Source of the DNA: Oceanispirochaeta sp.
GTDB taxonomy: Bacteria; Spirochaetota; Spirochaetia; DSM-2461
Direction of reading: 5' to 3'
Length of the DNA: 64,000 nucleotides
Assembly: GCA_963666275.2 (NCBI GenBank)
Contig: CAXXOA010000001.1
Coordinates: 1,632,001 to 1,696,000, forward strand
The translations under genes and the position numbers were made by a program. The notes beneath the pieces were generated by a model. It was not told the origin of the DNA and ran no database searches. It was given only the letters and a program-made list of their open reading frames with translations. How positions within the stretch are numbered: the first letter of the stretch is position 1; each line of letters opens with the position of its first letter. Positions 47,209-57,121 of the stretch are shown in pieces.

Positions 47209-48557
47209 ATCCTTCCAAAATTTTTCTTTTCTTCTTACCGGTACTTCTGATTCTTTCCTGCGGTCAGAAAAAGCCGGAAGTCCGGATTGAGCCTCTGAAC
47301 AGGGAAATCACAGCTCCTGCTGTGGAGATCCTGGAGTGCCGGACAGAAGAATATGTCAGAACCATCGATACTTTCGGAACCATTTCCTACGTCACCAAAG
47401 CGGAAATCTATCCTATGGGGGCGGAAATCATTGATCGTATGTTCTATGAAGAAGGGGAGACGGTCCGCTCGGGGGATATCCTGGCCAGACTGGACAGCCG
47501 AAAACTCTCTCTTCAGCTGAAAGAAGCCGAAGCGGGCATCCGGATAAAAGAGACAAAATGGAATCTGGCAGTTCAGCAGAGGGAAGAGGGACGGCGCAAT
47601 ATGGAGTCCCGGTTTCTTGAAATTGAGAATGCCCGGATGGATCTTGAAAAAGCGAGGATGGATTTTGACAGGATCAGCAGGATTTTTGAGAATAAAAAGC
47701 AGCTTTTTGAGGTCGAGGGCATCAGCCGGGAAGAGATGGCGTCGGTGGAGCTGGAGTATCAGGAAAAAGAATTTGCCTGCCGGAAGGCAGAAAGCGCCCT
47801 GGCAGTAAAAAGAATCGGTTTCCGGGAGGAAGATCTGATTCAGGCGGGGTATGAAATCCCTGAAGATCCCGCAAACCTGAAAGATCTGTATATCGATTAT
47901 AACACCCGGATGCTTCAGGCCGAAGTGGATGTAGCCGGCGCAGAGCTGGAAGCTGCCAGAAGTCAGTTGGACGCCCTCAGGCTCTATCTGAACGAGACCT
48001 CTATAAAGGCCCCCATCTCCGGGGTTATCGGCCGGAAATACATGGAAAACGGAGAAAAAGCGTCCCCCGAAAAGCCTCTGTATCTGATTTTTCCCGAGAA
48101 CAGCGTTTTTGCGGAAGCCCGGGTCAGCGAAAAGGAACTGACAGCTCTGAAACAGGGAATGCAGGGGGATGTGACCAGTGATACGGATTCGCAGATGAGA
48201 ACCGGAAAGATACAGAGAATCTCTCCCTGGGTGGATCAGGAATCCCGGACGGGGAGCTTTAAAATCCTCCTGGATAACAGGGATGGCCTTTTCAAGGTGG
48301 GTCAGTTTGTCAGAATAAGCCTCAAACTGACCGGATCCAGGGAAGGGATCCTGCTGCCTCCGGAAGCCATCCTGACCAGGGGAGAGGCTTCCCTGGTATT
48401 TCAGATACGGGGAAACCGGATTTTTGAAAGGGAAATCACCTGTCTTGAACCTGTGGATGACCTGATCCCTTTAGAATCAGGACTGGAACCTGGTAACCGG
48501 ATTGTCCTCAACCCCTCAGATGGATTGCGTAACGGCATGGAGGTTTCACGCCCATGA
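47205..48557 (+). CDS. RND periplasmic adaptor (MFP), lipoprotein
   Basis: EGETVRSGDILARLD, long hairpin, IKAPISGVI. Confidence 0.88.
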   Translation: MNPSKIFLFFLPVLLILSCGQKKPEVRIEPLNREITAPAVEILECRTEEYVRTIDTFGTISYVTKAEIYPMGAEIIDRMFYEEGETVRSGDILARLDSRKLSLQLKEAEAGIRIKETKWNLAVQQREEGRRNMESRFLEIENARMDLEKARMDFDRISRIFENKKQLFEVEGISREEMASVELEYQEKEFACRKAESALAVKRIGFREEDLIQAGYEIPEDPANLKDLYIDYNTRMLQAEVDVAGAELEAARSQLDALRLYLNETSIKAPISGVIGRKYMENGEKASPEKPLYLIFPENSVFAEARVSEKELTALKQGMQGDVTSDTDSQMRTGKIQRISPWVDQESRTGSFKILLDNRDGLFKVGQFVRISLKLTGSREGILLPPEAILTRGEASLVFQIRGNRIFEREITCLEPVDDLIPLESGLEPGNRIVLNPSDGLRNGMEVSRP

Positions 48558-49969
48558 GAATAGGTCTGTATTCAAAAGGAGTTTTTCTTCTACTGGTCCT
48601 TGTGACAGGCTGTAAAGGCCTGATCGATCTCGATAGAGAAAGCCGGTTGAAATCCTTTCCTGACGAACCGGGCTGGATCCTGGACGCGGAGGATTCTCTG
48701 GAACTGGAATTTTCCGAATCGGTGAATGCCTATTCTGTGGAACAGATCTGCTCTGTAAAAAATATTCGGGGCAATGTGGAGAGCCTCTATCACTGGGAGG
48801 ACGAAAGGATTCTCAGGATTGAACCGATTGACCCCCTCACACCGGGGCTGGAATATACTCTTCAGGTCAAAGGTCTTTACGATACAGCCAGGGGAAGGAC
48901 CCGGGAAGCCGATCTGACAATTCCTTTCTATTATATAACTGACCGTTATGATCCATTGAAAGTTCTGAATGTTTCTCCCGGCGAGGGGGAGATGATCGGC
49001 AGTGAAACAGGCATCACTGTTACATTCAACAGGGAGCCGGATCAGGCTGCTGTAATGAAAAATTTATCCCTCTCTCCTGCCGGGGAGTATGATTTCTCTT
49101 TTTCCGGGTCTACCTTATCCCTGGTGCCCGAAGATTCCTGGGAGAATCTGACTCAGTATACCCTGAAAATAGACGAAGAGGCTGTGGATCCCTCCTGGGA
49201 AAGTACGTTTTATGTTCTGGATGGGCAGAGTGTTCCCCGGGTAGCCCTGATGGCAGCGGCAATCAAGGATTACTCTTCCGGATTTCCCTACAAAACCACA
49301 GATGCGGATGTGCTGACCTATGAAGATGCACTGAGAATTACTTTCAGCGAAGATATGGACCCCGATTCGGTGGAAGAGGCATTCCGCATACTCCCTCCTC
49401 TGGCAGGGAGCCTTCACTGGGACGGTAATCGGGATATTATCTTTTCTCCCTCCGAAGGATGGGATATGAACACCCTCTATTCAGTCTCCCTTGGAAAAGA
49501 GGCTTCCAGCCTTCATGGAATAGAACTGGCGGCGGACTGGGAAGAGAATCTCCAGCCCCAGATCCCCGCCATAAGCCTGGACTCCCTGGAATGCCTGACC
49601 AGCGGTCTGACCCTGACAGAGTATGATACATCCCTGCCGGAGGATCTTCCGACTAATGCGGTCTCACCCTATGACATTACCTTCCGTCTGACTTTCTCCG
49701 AGCCTTTTTCGACAGACCGGGAAAAGCAGTTGGCTCAGGATCAGATCAGCTTTTATGAAACCTTCAGCAGCGACGGGAATCCCCGGGCAGCCTCCTGTTC
49801 CTGGGTCAGTGATTACACTCTGACCATACTGTATGCCGGATTTTATGCCTCCGCCGACAGGGATCACTACTATATTTTTGAACTCAACAGCGGAGCCGGA
49901 GGGATCCGCAACGACCGGGGGAGTTATATGGAGAACAGTGTAGCCCAGCTGTTCAGGAGCCGTCTGTGA
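48554..49969 (+). CDS. Ig-like (Big_5/SbsA-type) repeat lipoprotein
   Basis: Lipobox VTGC; repeats LEFSESVN, VTFNREPD, ITFSEDMD, LTFSEPF. Confidence 0.75.
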   Translation: MRIGLYSKGVFLLLVLVTGCKGLIDLDRESRLKSFPDEPGWILDAEDSLELEFSESVNAYSVEQICSVKNIRGNVESLYHWEDERILRIEPIDPLTPGLEYTLQVKGLYDTARGRTREADLTIPFYYITDRYDPLKVLNVSPGEGEMIGSETGITVTFNREPDQAAVMKNLSLSPAGEYDFSFSGSTLSLVPEDSWENLTQYTLKIDEEAVDPSWESTFYVLDGQSVPRVALMAAAIKDYSSGFPYKTTDADVLTYEDALRITFSEDMDPDSVEEAFRILPPLAGSLHWDGNRDIIFSPSEGWDMNTLYSVSLGKEASSLHGIELAADWEENLQPQIPAISLDSLECLTSGLTLTEYDTSLPEDLPTNAVSPYDITFRLTFSEPFSTDREKQLAQDQISFYETFSSDGNPRAASCSWVSDYTLTILYAGFYASADRDHYYIFELNSGAGGIRNDRGSYMENSVAQLFRSRL

Positions 49970-51393
49970 AAAAGATCCTGCTTTTTTCGCTCTGTATGGG
50001 GGGGAGCCTTTTTTCCGGATGCGACCTTTTCAGACATATACAGCATATGGACCCGCCTGTGATTGACTCCTCCCTGCCGGAAGAGAACGATGTGGTGGAT
50101 GCGGATCTCCCCGCCATAGAGATCCATTTTTCCACCGGGATGGACACTGTTGCCACTGAACAGGCCTTTTCTCTTCAGGAGGAGGGGGAGGATCTGGACG
50201 GGGAATTCTCCTGGGAGGGAGACAGGCTGATTTTTACGCCCTATTACGGCTTTTCCGATAACAGAGATTATCTGGTCACCCTGAAAACCGGGGCAGAGGA
50301 CATCTGGGGGAATTCCCTGGAAAAAGAGTGGTATCTGAATTTTACGACCCGCGAAGACAGTGAGTCTCCCGAACTGGTCAGGATCGCCCCGGAGGATTTT
50401 ACTCTTCTGCAGGGAAGCCGGGAGGTTCTGACTCTGGAGTTCAGCGAAGGGGTGGACAGGCCCAGTTTCCGGAAAGGATTCTCCCTGTCACCGGATATCC
50501 TCTATTCAGAATCCTGGAATACAGAGGGATCCCAGGTGGAGATTACGCCTCTGGAAGATTATGAAGAGGACAGAGCCTATACTGTCTCCCTCTCCCGTGA
50601 GATTCTTGACCTGGCCGGGAATCCTCTGCTCAGGGAAGAGGAGTTCCTCTTTTACACCGGGGAGGTCCCGGAACCTCTTACTGTCTCCTTTGCAGTGAGT
50701 GAAACGGGAACAGAACTTGTGGAAGAGCCGCAGGGAGTGAATAGTTCTCTCGAAAAGGATCTGATTCTCAGGGCTGTATTCAATCGTTCCCTCTCCGCGG
50801 ATGAGCGGGAAGCGGCTTTTTCAATCCTTCCGTCGACGGAGTTTGAAACTTCCTGGACTTCCGGATTTACCGAATGCACCCTGAGCTTTCCCGAATCCCT
50901 CTCCTACGGCGGCTATTATGATTTCACCCTGCTGGAAACAGTGTATATCCTTCATATAGACGGCCCCGGGAGCCTCCCCCTGACTGTGAACAGGGCTGTC
51001 TTCTGTCCCGACGGCACGGCAGGAACTCCTGTGATGAATCCTCTGAGCCTCAACAGCTCTCTGGGAGCCCAGGATTCAACAACGGCTTTCTTAGATCTCT
51101 ACATTGCCCATTCGGGACTCTCAGCCATTGACAGGTCTTCCGTTCTGAATGCATTTTCTCTGGACTCTTCTGTGCTCTCCTGGGATTATTACTCCCTGGA
51201 TATCTGGGACGGGAGTCAGAGTCCTGCGCCGGATCCGCTTCCCGTCCCGGGGGAAAGTGTGATCCGGATTCATACGGGCGTCACCTGGACAGGCCTGGGG
51301 GGAACACTGACCCTGAAGCTCTCGGAGGCTCTGGAAGATACCCTGGGAAATTCCCAGGAGTCCCCCTGGACACTGACGGTCAGTCAGCTATGA
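49966..51393 (+). CDS. Ig-like (Big_5/SbsA-type) repeat lipoprotein
   Basis: Lipobox FSGC; IHFSTGMD, DIWGNSL, LEFSEGVD, DLAGNPL, DTLGNS. Confidence 0.8.
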   Translation: MKKILLFSLCMGGSLFSGCDLFRHIQHMDPPVIDSSLPEENDVVDADLPAIEIHFSTGMDTVATEQAFSLQEEGEDLDGEFSWEGDRLIFTPYYGFSDNRDYLVTLKTGAEDIWGNSLEKEWYLNFTTREDSESPELVRIAPEDFTLLQGSREVLTLEFSEGVDRPSFRKGFSLSPDILYSESWNTEGSQVEITPLEDYEEDRAYTVSLSREILDLAGNPLLREEEFLFYTGEVPEPLTVSFAVSETGTELVEEPQGVNSSLEKDLILRAVFNRSLSADEREAAFSILPSTEFETSWTSGFTECTLSFPESLSYGGYYDFTLLETVYILHIDGPGSLPLTVNRAVFCPDGTAGTPVMNPLSLNSSLGAQDSTTAFLDLYIAHSGLSAIDRSSVLNAFSLDSSVLSWDYYSLDIWDGSQSPAPDPLPVPGESVIRIHTGVTWTGLGGTLTLKLSEALEDTLGNSQESPWTLTVSQL

Positions 51394-54197
51394 ATCTGAT
51401 GGAGCAGACCGCGGCTCATCCCTTCCGGGTCCTCATGGTTTTCGCCGCTCTTATCCTTTTCGGCGGAATCTCCCTTTTTCAGCTCAGACTGGAGGAACTT
51501 CCCGAGCTGCCTCTGCCGGTGGTGAAGGTTGTGGCAGATCTGCCCGGTTATCCTCCCGCCGAGATTGAACAGCTTCTGACCATTCCCCTGGAGAATGCCC
51601 TTTCGGGTATACAGGGCGTTACCCGTATGGAGGGGCTCTCAAAAAACGGAACAGCCGCTGTGACTCTCCAGTTCGACTGGGATATTGTACTGGAGAATGT
51701 TACGCTGGAAGTCCGGGAATGTGTGGATGAAATCTATCCCTTCCTGCCGGAGGGAGTCAGGAAACCCGTTGTTTTTACAGACAGCCTCTCGGACCGGCCG
51801 GTGCTGCGACTCGTCTGTATTCCCCGGGAGGGCGCCCCCTGGGAGGATCTCTACTTTGCCCTGAAATATGACCTCACAGGCAGACTGAAAGAGGTTCCAC
51901 AGGCCGGGAAAATCAGCATAGCCGGACTGCAGAAGCCCGAACTCCTCGTGGAGACTGATATGACCGGTCTTTATGCCATGAACCTTACGCTGGATGATCT
52001 TGCGGGCTATCTGGGACAGTTCCTTATCGATCTGCCTGCGGGAAAAATCCGGGATGTCCGCAGAGAGAGGCTGGTTCAGATCTCTTCGGGAATTCAGGAC
52101 CCTGAGGGCATCGGTTCTCTGAGAATCACCCCCGGGTCGTCTGTGAAATTTGAAGATATTTCCCATATCCGATATGCCCCGGAAGAGGCGACGTCCCTGT
52201 TCCTCTACAGAGATAGCCGGGCTATTAGAATCGATATCTATAAAAACGGCAGCGCCGGTACACTCCAGGCGGCTCTGGCTGTGAAAGAGCTCATCCCCGG
52301 GATCAACAGGAGCAATCAGAACCTCTACACCCTGGAAATTCTGGAAGATGCCTCTTCTGGGATCACGGATTCCATCAAATCCCTCTCTGTTTCCCTGGTT
52401 CTGGGACTCCTCTCGGCAGGAGGGGTTCTCTTCCTTCTCTACAGGAACTGGCGCTTTTCCCTGATCACCTCACTGGCTATTCCTGTCTGCATGGTGCTGC
52501 TTTTCTTTCCCATGTTCCTGATGGGACTGTCCCTGAATACCATCAGTCTTCTGGGGATACTCATAGGCATCGGTATGATTGCGGACAATACGATCATTGT
52601 CCTGGAGGAACTGTCTGCCTCGGCTGACAGGACTCCCGGGGGGCAGGGGAAGATACTCAGGCGGATCACTCCGGCGGTTGTCTCCTCATCGCTGACGACG
52701 ATCCTTGTTTTTATCCCCCCTCTGCTGATTCCCGGCGTGTCTTCCGTCCTTTTCAGAGATCTCATCTATACGATTACTCTGCTTATCCTTCTTTCCCTGA
52801 TCACGGGGCTCTTCTGGTCGCCCGGACTGTTCAACAGTCTTGGTAAAGTCTCCCCGGGGCCGTTGAAGGAATCCCCGGGGGCCGGCAAAGTGAAAAAACT
52901 CTATGCTGCCGGTCTTTTCCATCTCCTCAGGAAGTGTCGCAGAAGGAAAGGAGCTGTCCTTGCGGTCTATGGGGGGATTGTCCTTTTACTGATTCCCCTC
53001 CTGTACAGCATGTCCCTTGTCCTGGCGCCGGATGAGCCTTCCGGGCATGTCCGTATCCGTCAGATTATGCCCGGAGACTGGACCTCCGAAGAAATCCGCA
53101 AGCAGGCGGGGACTCTGATCCGCCTGATGGACGAAGAGTTCCATCCCTCAGCTATAAGCGCCAGGGCCGGTTATGACAGGGAATCGGTCAGGCAGAGGGC
53201 GGAAAAAGACAGTTTTCTGAATATTGTGAACTACAGTATCGGCTTTTCCACCACCAGAACTCCTGAGGATATTGCTGAAATCCGTTCTTTTCTGATTGGG
53301 AGGGGGTATGATAGAATTCAGGTAGAGAAGGAGACGGGGACTCTGGAATCGGCTCTCTCTTCTCCTTCAAAGCCTCTGGAACTTCCCCTGATGCCCATAC
53401 TGAGATTTTATCCCCGCAGGGATGAGATGGCCGCGGCGTCTCTTACGGCCGCGGATCTGCAGAACACCCTGGGCGCAGCCATCAGAGGGATCCCGGCGGG
53501 TGAAGTCCCCTATGGGATGGAAAAGATTCCTGTCAGGCTCCGGGCACGGGAAGAGTACAGAAGCCGGGAGAGTGATATGGAGGATCTCAGGATCAGATCA
53601 TCCGGTGGATTCATCCCTCTCCGGGAACTGGGATTCCTTCAGAAAACCTATGAACCCGCGTCTTTCGTCCGTATCAACCGGGGGCAGGGCGAAATGGACA
53701 GAGCCACACTGGAAGCGGGAAGTTTTATCTGGCTCTACCTCTTTGCTCTGGTCCTTATGTTTTTTGTCCTGGCCATCCAGTCGGGTTCTCTGAAAAAGGC
53801 TCTCATACTGATGAGCTGTTTTCCCCTCTCCCTGCTGGGAAGCCTGGCCGCCCTGAAGATCTGTTCCTTCTCTTTAAACCTGTACGGTTTTATTGGGATC
53901 CTGATTATGCAGGGCACCGTGGTAAATACGGGCATTCTGATTCTGGACAGCAGCGGAAAAGGAAGTCTCAGCACTCTACTGGCTGTTTCTATCAGACGTT
54001 TCCGTCCCGTCTGGGCGACAGTTCTGACAACAGTGGTAGCGCTCCTTCCGGTTCTGGTTCAATCTCTGATACAGGGGGAGCCCGCAGGAGCCATGGCCGC
54101 CACTGTCATAGGAGGAATGCTCACGGGAACGCCTCTGATTCTGTTCTTTATTCCTCTGTTTTATGTTTCCGGAAGGGCAAAGGATAGGGGAGTGTGA
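51390..54197 (+). CDS. RND permease subunit 1 (short, divergent)
   Basis: EIEQLLTIPLENAL, GIGMIADNTIIVLE, RFRPVWAT. Confidence 0.88.
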   Translation: MNLMEQTAAHPFRVLMVFAALILFGGISLFQLRLEELPELPLPVVKVVADLPGYPPAEIEQLLTIPLENALSGIQGVTRMEGLSKNGTAAVTLQFDWDIVLENVTLEVRECVDEIYPFLPEGVRKPVVFTDSLSDRPVLRLVCIPREGAPWEDLYFALKYDLTGRLKEVPQAGKISIAGLQKPELLVETDMTGLYAMNLTLDDLAGYLGQFLIDLPAGKIRDVRRERLVQISSGIQDPEGIGSLRITPGSSVKFEDISHIRYAPEEATSLFLYRDSRAIRIDIYKNGSAGTLQAALAVKELIPGINRSNQNLYTLEILEDASSGITDSIKSLSVSLVLGLLSAGGVLFLLYRNWRFSLITSLAIPVCMVLLFFPMFLMGLSLNTISLLGILIGIGMIADNTIIVLEELSASADRTPGGQGKILRRITPAVVSSSLTTILVFIPPLLIPGVSSVLFRDLIYTITLLILLSLITGLFWSPGLFNSLGKVSPGPLKESPGAGKVKKLYAAGLFHLLRKCRRRKGAVLAVYGGIVLLLIPLLYSMSLVLAPDEPSGHVRIRQIMPGDWTSEEIRKQAGTLIRLMDEEFHPSAISARAGYDRESVRQRAEKDSFLNIVNYSIGFSTTRTPEDIAEIRSFLIGRGYDRIQVEKETGTLESALSSPSKPLELPLMPILRFYPRRDEMAAASLTAADLQNTLGAAIRGIPAGEVPYGMEKIPVRLRAREEYRSRESDMEDLRIRSSGGFIPLRELGFLQKTYEPASFVRINRGQGEMDRATLEAGSFIWLYLFALVLMFFVLAIQSGSLKKALILMSCFPLSLLGSLAALKICSFSLNLYGFIGILIMQGTVVNTGILILDSSGKGSLSTLLAVSIRRFRPVWATVLTTVVALLPVLVQSLIQGEPAGAMAATVIGGMLTGTPLILFFIPLFYVSGRAKDRGV

Positions 54198-57007
54198 AAG
54201 TTCGGTCTCTTCTCCTGGCCCTTCTATTCCTTCTTCCCTCGCTCCTCATCCTTGGCAGAACTTCGTTCTCCTATTTTCCCGACAGGAACAGCCGGGTCAT
54301 TACGGTTGAGATCGAACTGAAAGGGAGTTATCAGGAGGGGGTGGAACAGGTCATCACCAATCCCCTGGAAGAAGAACTCTCCCGCCTTGAGGGGCTGAAG
54401 AGAATTACCTCGGTTTCTGAAGATGAAAAGTCCAGGATAACCCTTGTCTTTCATAATCAGGTCAATCTGGACAGGGCCTATCTGGAGGTTTCAGACAGGA
54501 TTGACCGCATCTCCGCATCCTTTCCCTCCCACGCGGGGAAACCCCGTCTGCTAAGGAGCGACAGCGGGAGTTTTCCCGTATTCATTCTCATGCTTAAAAA
54601 AGAAACCCTCTCCGAAAGCAGGGAGTCTCTTGAAAAAAGGTTTCAGAGCCTGCCAGGAGTAGGAAAAGTGGAGATCGGCGGCATGGAAAACAGGGATGTC
54701 ATTCTGAAAACTGACAGCCCCCGCCTGGGCCACTACCGGCTCGGCATTGATGATATTGCTTCTCTTATAAGCAGAAACAACAGGATCCTCAGCGTTCCCG
54801 TCAGACCGGGGCTCAGTCTGACAAGTGATCTCCGTTACGCCTCACTGGATGACTACAGCCGTCAGAGTTTCGGCGCCGGCCTCTCTCTGGAACAGATTCT
54901 CCAGCCTATTCTGGAAGATGCGCCCCGCCAGTCCATAGCCAGGGTAAACGCCAGGGATTCCATTCTGGTCTGGATCCACCTGGCGGGGGATGGCAATGCG
55001 ATCCGGCTGTGCAGACGCCTTGTCTCTTTTCAGGCGTCCCTGCCGGAATCCCGGATCCTGTATAACAAAGGGGAAGTTATTGAAAAGGCACTCTGGAAAA
55101 CAGCCCGGGCAGTTCTAATCGGTATCGGCGCTGTTTTTCTTGTGACGGGACTCTTCCTGGGGAAAGGGAAAACTGCCGCTCTGATCAGTGGGAATATACC
55201 CTTTTCCCTGATAGTTGCCATGGCGGTTCTGACCTGGCGGGGCAGGGAGATCGATCTTATGGTCCTCTCGGGATTCTGCGTTGCTGCAGGGCTGATTATC
55301 GATGCAGGGGTTATCCTTGTGGAATGCGGAAAAAAAGAGGCCCGCCAGCCGATTATCTACTCTCTTGTTTCGACTATCCTTGTTTTTGCTGTATTCCTCT
55401 TTGCTCCCCGGCCTGTACAGGAACTCTATCAGGGCATGATCGGAAGTATTACTCTGGTACTGCTCATTTCCTGTGCCTATCTGTTTTCAATCCCCGGTGA
55501 TGTCCATTTAAAGAGCCAGGTAAAGCCTGGGATCACTCATGCCGGGAGTTATGCCTCTCTCTGGCATTATATGAAACGGTTCCGATGGGTTTCCCTCATT
55601 GTTCTGGTCGTAACAGCCGGCCTGTGTTCCTACGGCGCCTCCACCCTCAGCTTCCGGAGCGAACTCCTTCCCGGCGACGGAAATCTGACATTTTTCTATG
55701 AGTACCCTTCGGGGACACCCCGGGATGCGGTTCTTATGGATCTGGAGGATCTGGAGGAGACAATGACCACATGGGAGGAGGTCCGGTACTTTTCCAGTGA
55801 ATTCAAACCGGAAAAAGCCGTTTTCCGTTTGAGTCTGGCCTCTGATACGGATTCTGTCCGGCAGACTCTTATAGACAGAATTAGCGATATCTCCCGGGGA
55901 GTGGGAGGAGCACTCTTTTTTGACAGTGCCGGGGATAAGCTGACCTATGATGTGACCGTCCTGGCTCACAGCAGGGAGGTCCTGTTCCGTCAGGCCCGGG
56001 AGGCGGCGGATCTTCTGCAGGCCCATCTGCCGGAAATAAAAGTGATAATGCACTTCAAGGAACGGCCTCCTCTCCTGCGCCTCCTCATTGACAGGGACAT
56101 TTCAGAAAGTTCGGGGCCCGCCCCTGTCAGTCTCTATCGACAGGTTTCGCAGGTTCTCAACCGTCCTGTCCGATTGAAATGGCTTCCTGTGAAACCTGTG
56201 GTCCCCGGCCAGTACAGCTACGATGTGCGGTTCCGCACGGGGGAAGATCAGAGTCTGAACAGGGAAGGCCTTCTGGGTTTTCCCGTTGACACAGACCGTG
56301 GGGAAACAAGAAAACTGACTGAACTGATCAGGGAGGAGTCTGTACCTGATTACGGAAGAATACATCACTTTCAGGGGCGCCGGGGCGTTCAGCTCTCTCT
56401 GGAGTTCCGGGAGGGCCGCAAGGGAGATATTTCCTCTGAGGTGGAAAGGATCCTGTCCGGTATGGAATGGAGGGAAGGGGTCAAGGTCATTCATGGCAAA
56501 GACTACAGAGAACGGAACAGGGAGATCCGCATCCTCGCCCTTTGCGTGATTCTGGCGGTGATCCTGGTCTTTCTGCTTCTGCTCTATGTGTTTGAATCTC
56601 CGGTCATTCCCTTTTTCCTCATTCTTCAGATTCCCGGAGCGCTGCTGTTTCCTCTGGGGCTGCTGGCTCTTTTGCGTATTCCCCTGTCCTCGCCGGTTCT
56701 CTTCTCTCTTATCCTGATCATCGGCATCTCTGTGAATAACGGGATTGTTCTGTTTAGCGGAATGGAAAAGGGGAAACGGGACAGAGAATCCCTTGTTCAG
56801 GCTCTTCAGAGGCGGTCTGTGTCCCTGATGGCGGCGCTGGTAACCACTCTGGCGGGGATTGTCCCTCTTCTGTTCACAAAGGAAGGGCTGAACGATCCTT
56901 TCGGGGCACTCTCCTTTACCATAGGAACGGGCCTCCTGTATTCGCTGGTATCACTCTATCTGACCCTGCCGCTTCTGGAAGAAAAAAAGGCAAAAAAAAG
57001 CCCGTAA
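54194..57007 (+). CDS. RND permease subunit 2 (short, divergent)
   Basis: VEQVITNPLEEEL, GLIIDAGVILVE, GISVNNGIVL. Confidence 0.85.
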   Translation: MKVRSLLLALLFLLPSLLILGRTSFSYFPDRNSRVITVEIELKGSYQEGVEQVITNPLEEELSRLEGLKRITSVSEDEKSRITLVFHNQVNLDRAYLEVSDRIDRISASFPSHAGKPRLLRSDSGSFPVFILMLKKETLSESRESLEKRFQSLPGVGKVEIGGMENRDVILKTDSPRLGHYRLGIDDIASLISRNNRILSVPVRPGLSLTSDLRYASLDDYSRQSFGAGLSLEQILQPILEDAPRQSIARVNARDSILVWIHLAGDGNAIRLCRRLVSFQASLPESRILYNKGEVIEKALWKTARAVLIGIGAVFLVTGLFLGKGKTAALISGNIPFSLIVAMAVLTWRGREIDLMVLSGFCVAAGLIIDAGVILVECGKKEARQPIIYSLVSTILVFAVFLFAPRPVQELYQGMIGSITLVLLISCAYLFSIPGDVHLKSQVKPGITHAGSYASLWHYMKRFRWVSLIVLVVTAGLCSYGASTLSFRSELLPGDGNLTFFYEYPSGTPRDAVLMDLEDLEETMTTWEEVRYFSSEFKPEKAVFRLSLASDTDSVRQTLIDRISDISRGVGGALFFDSAGDKLTYDVTVLAHSREVLFRQAREAADLLQAHLPEIKVIMHFKERPPLLRLLIDRDISESSGPAPVSLYRQVSQVLNRPVRLKWLPVKPVVPGQYSYDVRFRTGEDQSLNREGLLGFPVDTDRGETRKLTELIREESVPDYGRIHHFQGRRGVQLSLEFREGRKGDISSEVERILSGMEWREGVKVIHGKDYRERNREIRILALCVILAVILVFLLLLYVFESPVIPFFLILQIPGALLFPLGLLALLRIPLSSPVLFSLILIIGISVNNGIVLFSGMEKGKRDRESLVQALQRRSVSLMAALVTTLAGIVPLLFTKEGLNDPFGALSFTIGTGLLYSLVSLYLTLPLLEEKKAKKSP

Positions 57008-57121
57008 GTCTGGACGTTGAACCTTACGGACCTGAAATAGCAATTCCTTTAAAAAAGGAAATGAATCTGTTGAACACTTAATGTGTTACATTATTAAGTT
57101 TCGGCGGGGGATTATTTTTCT

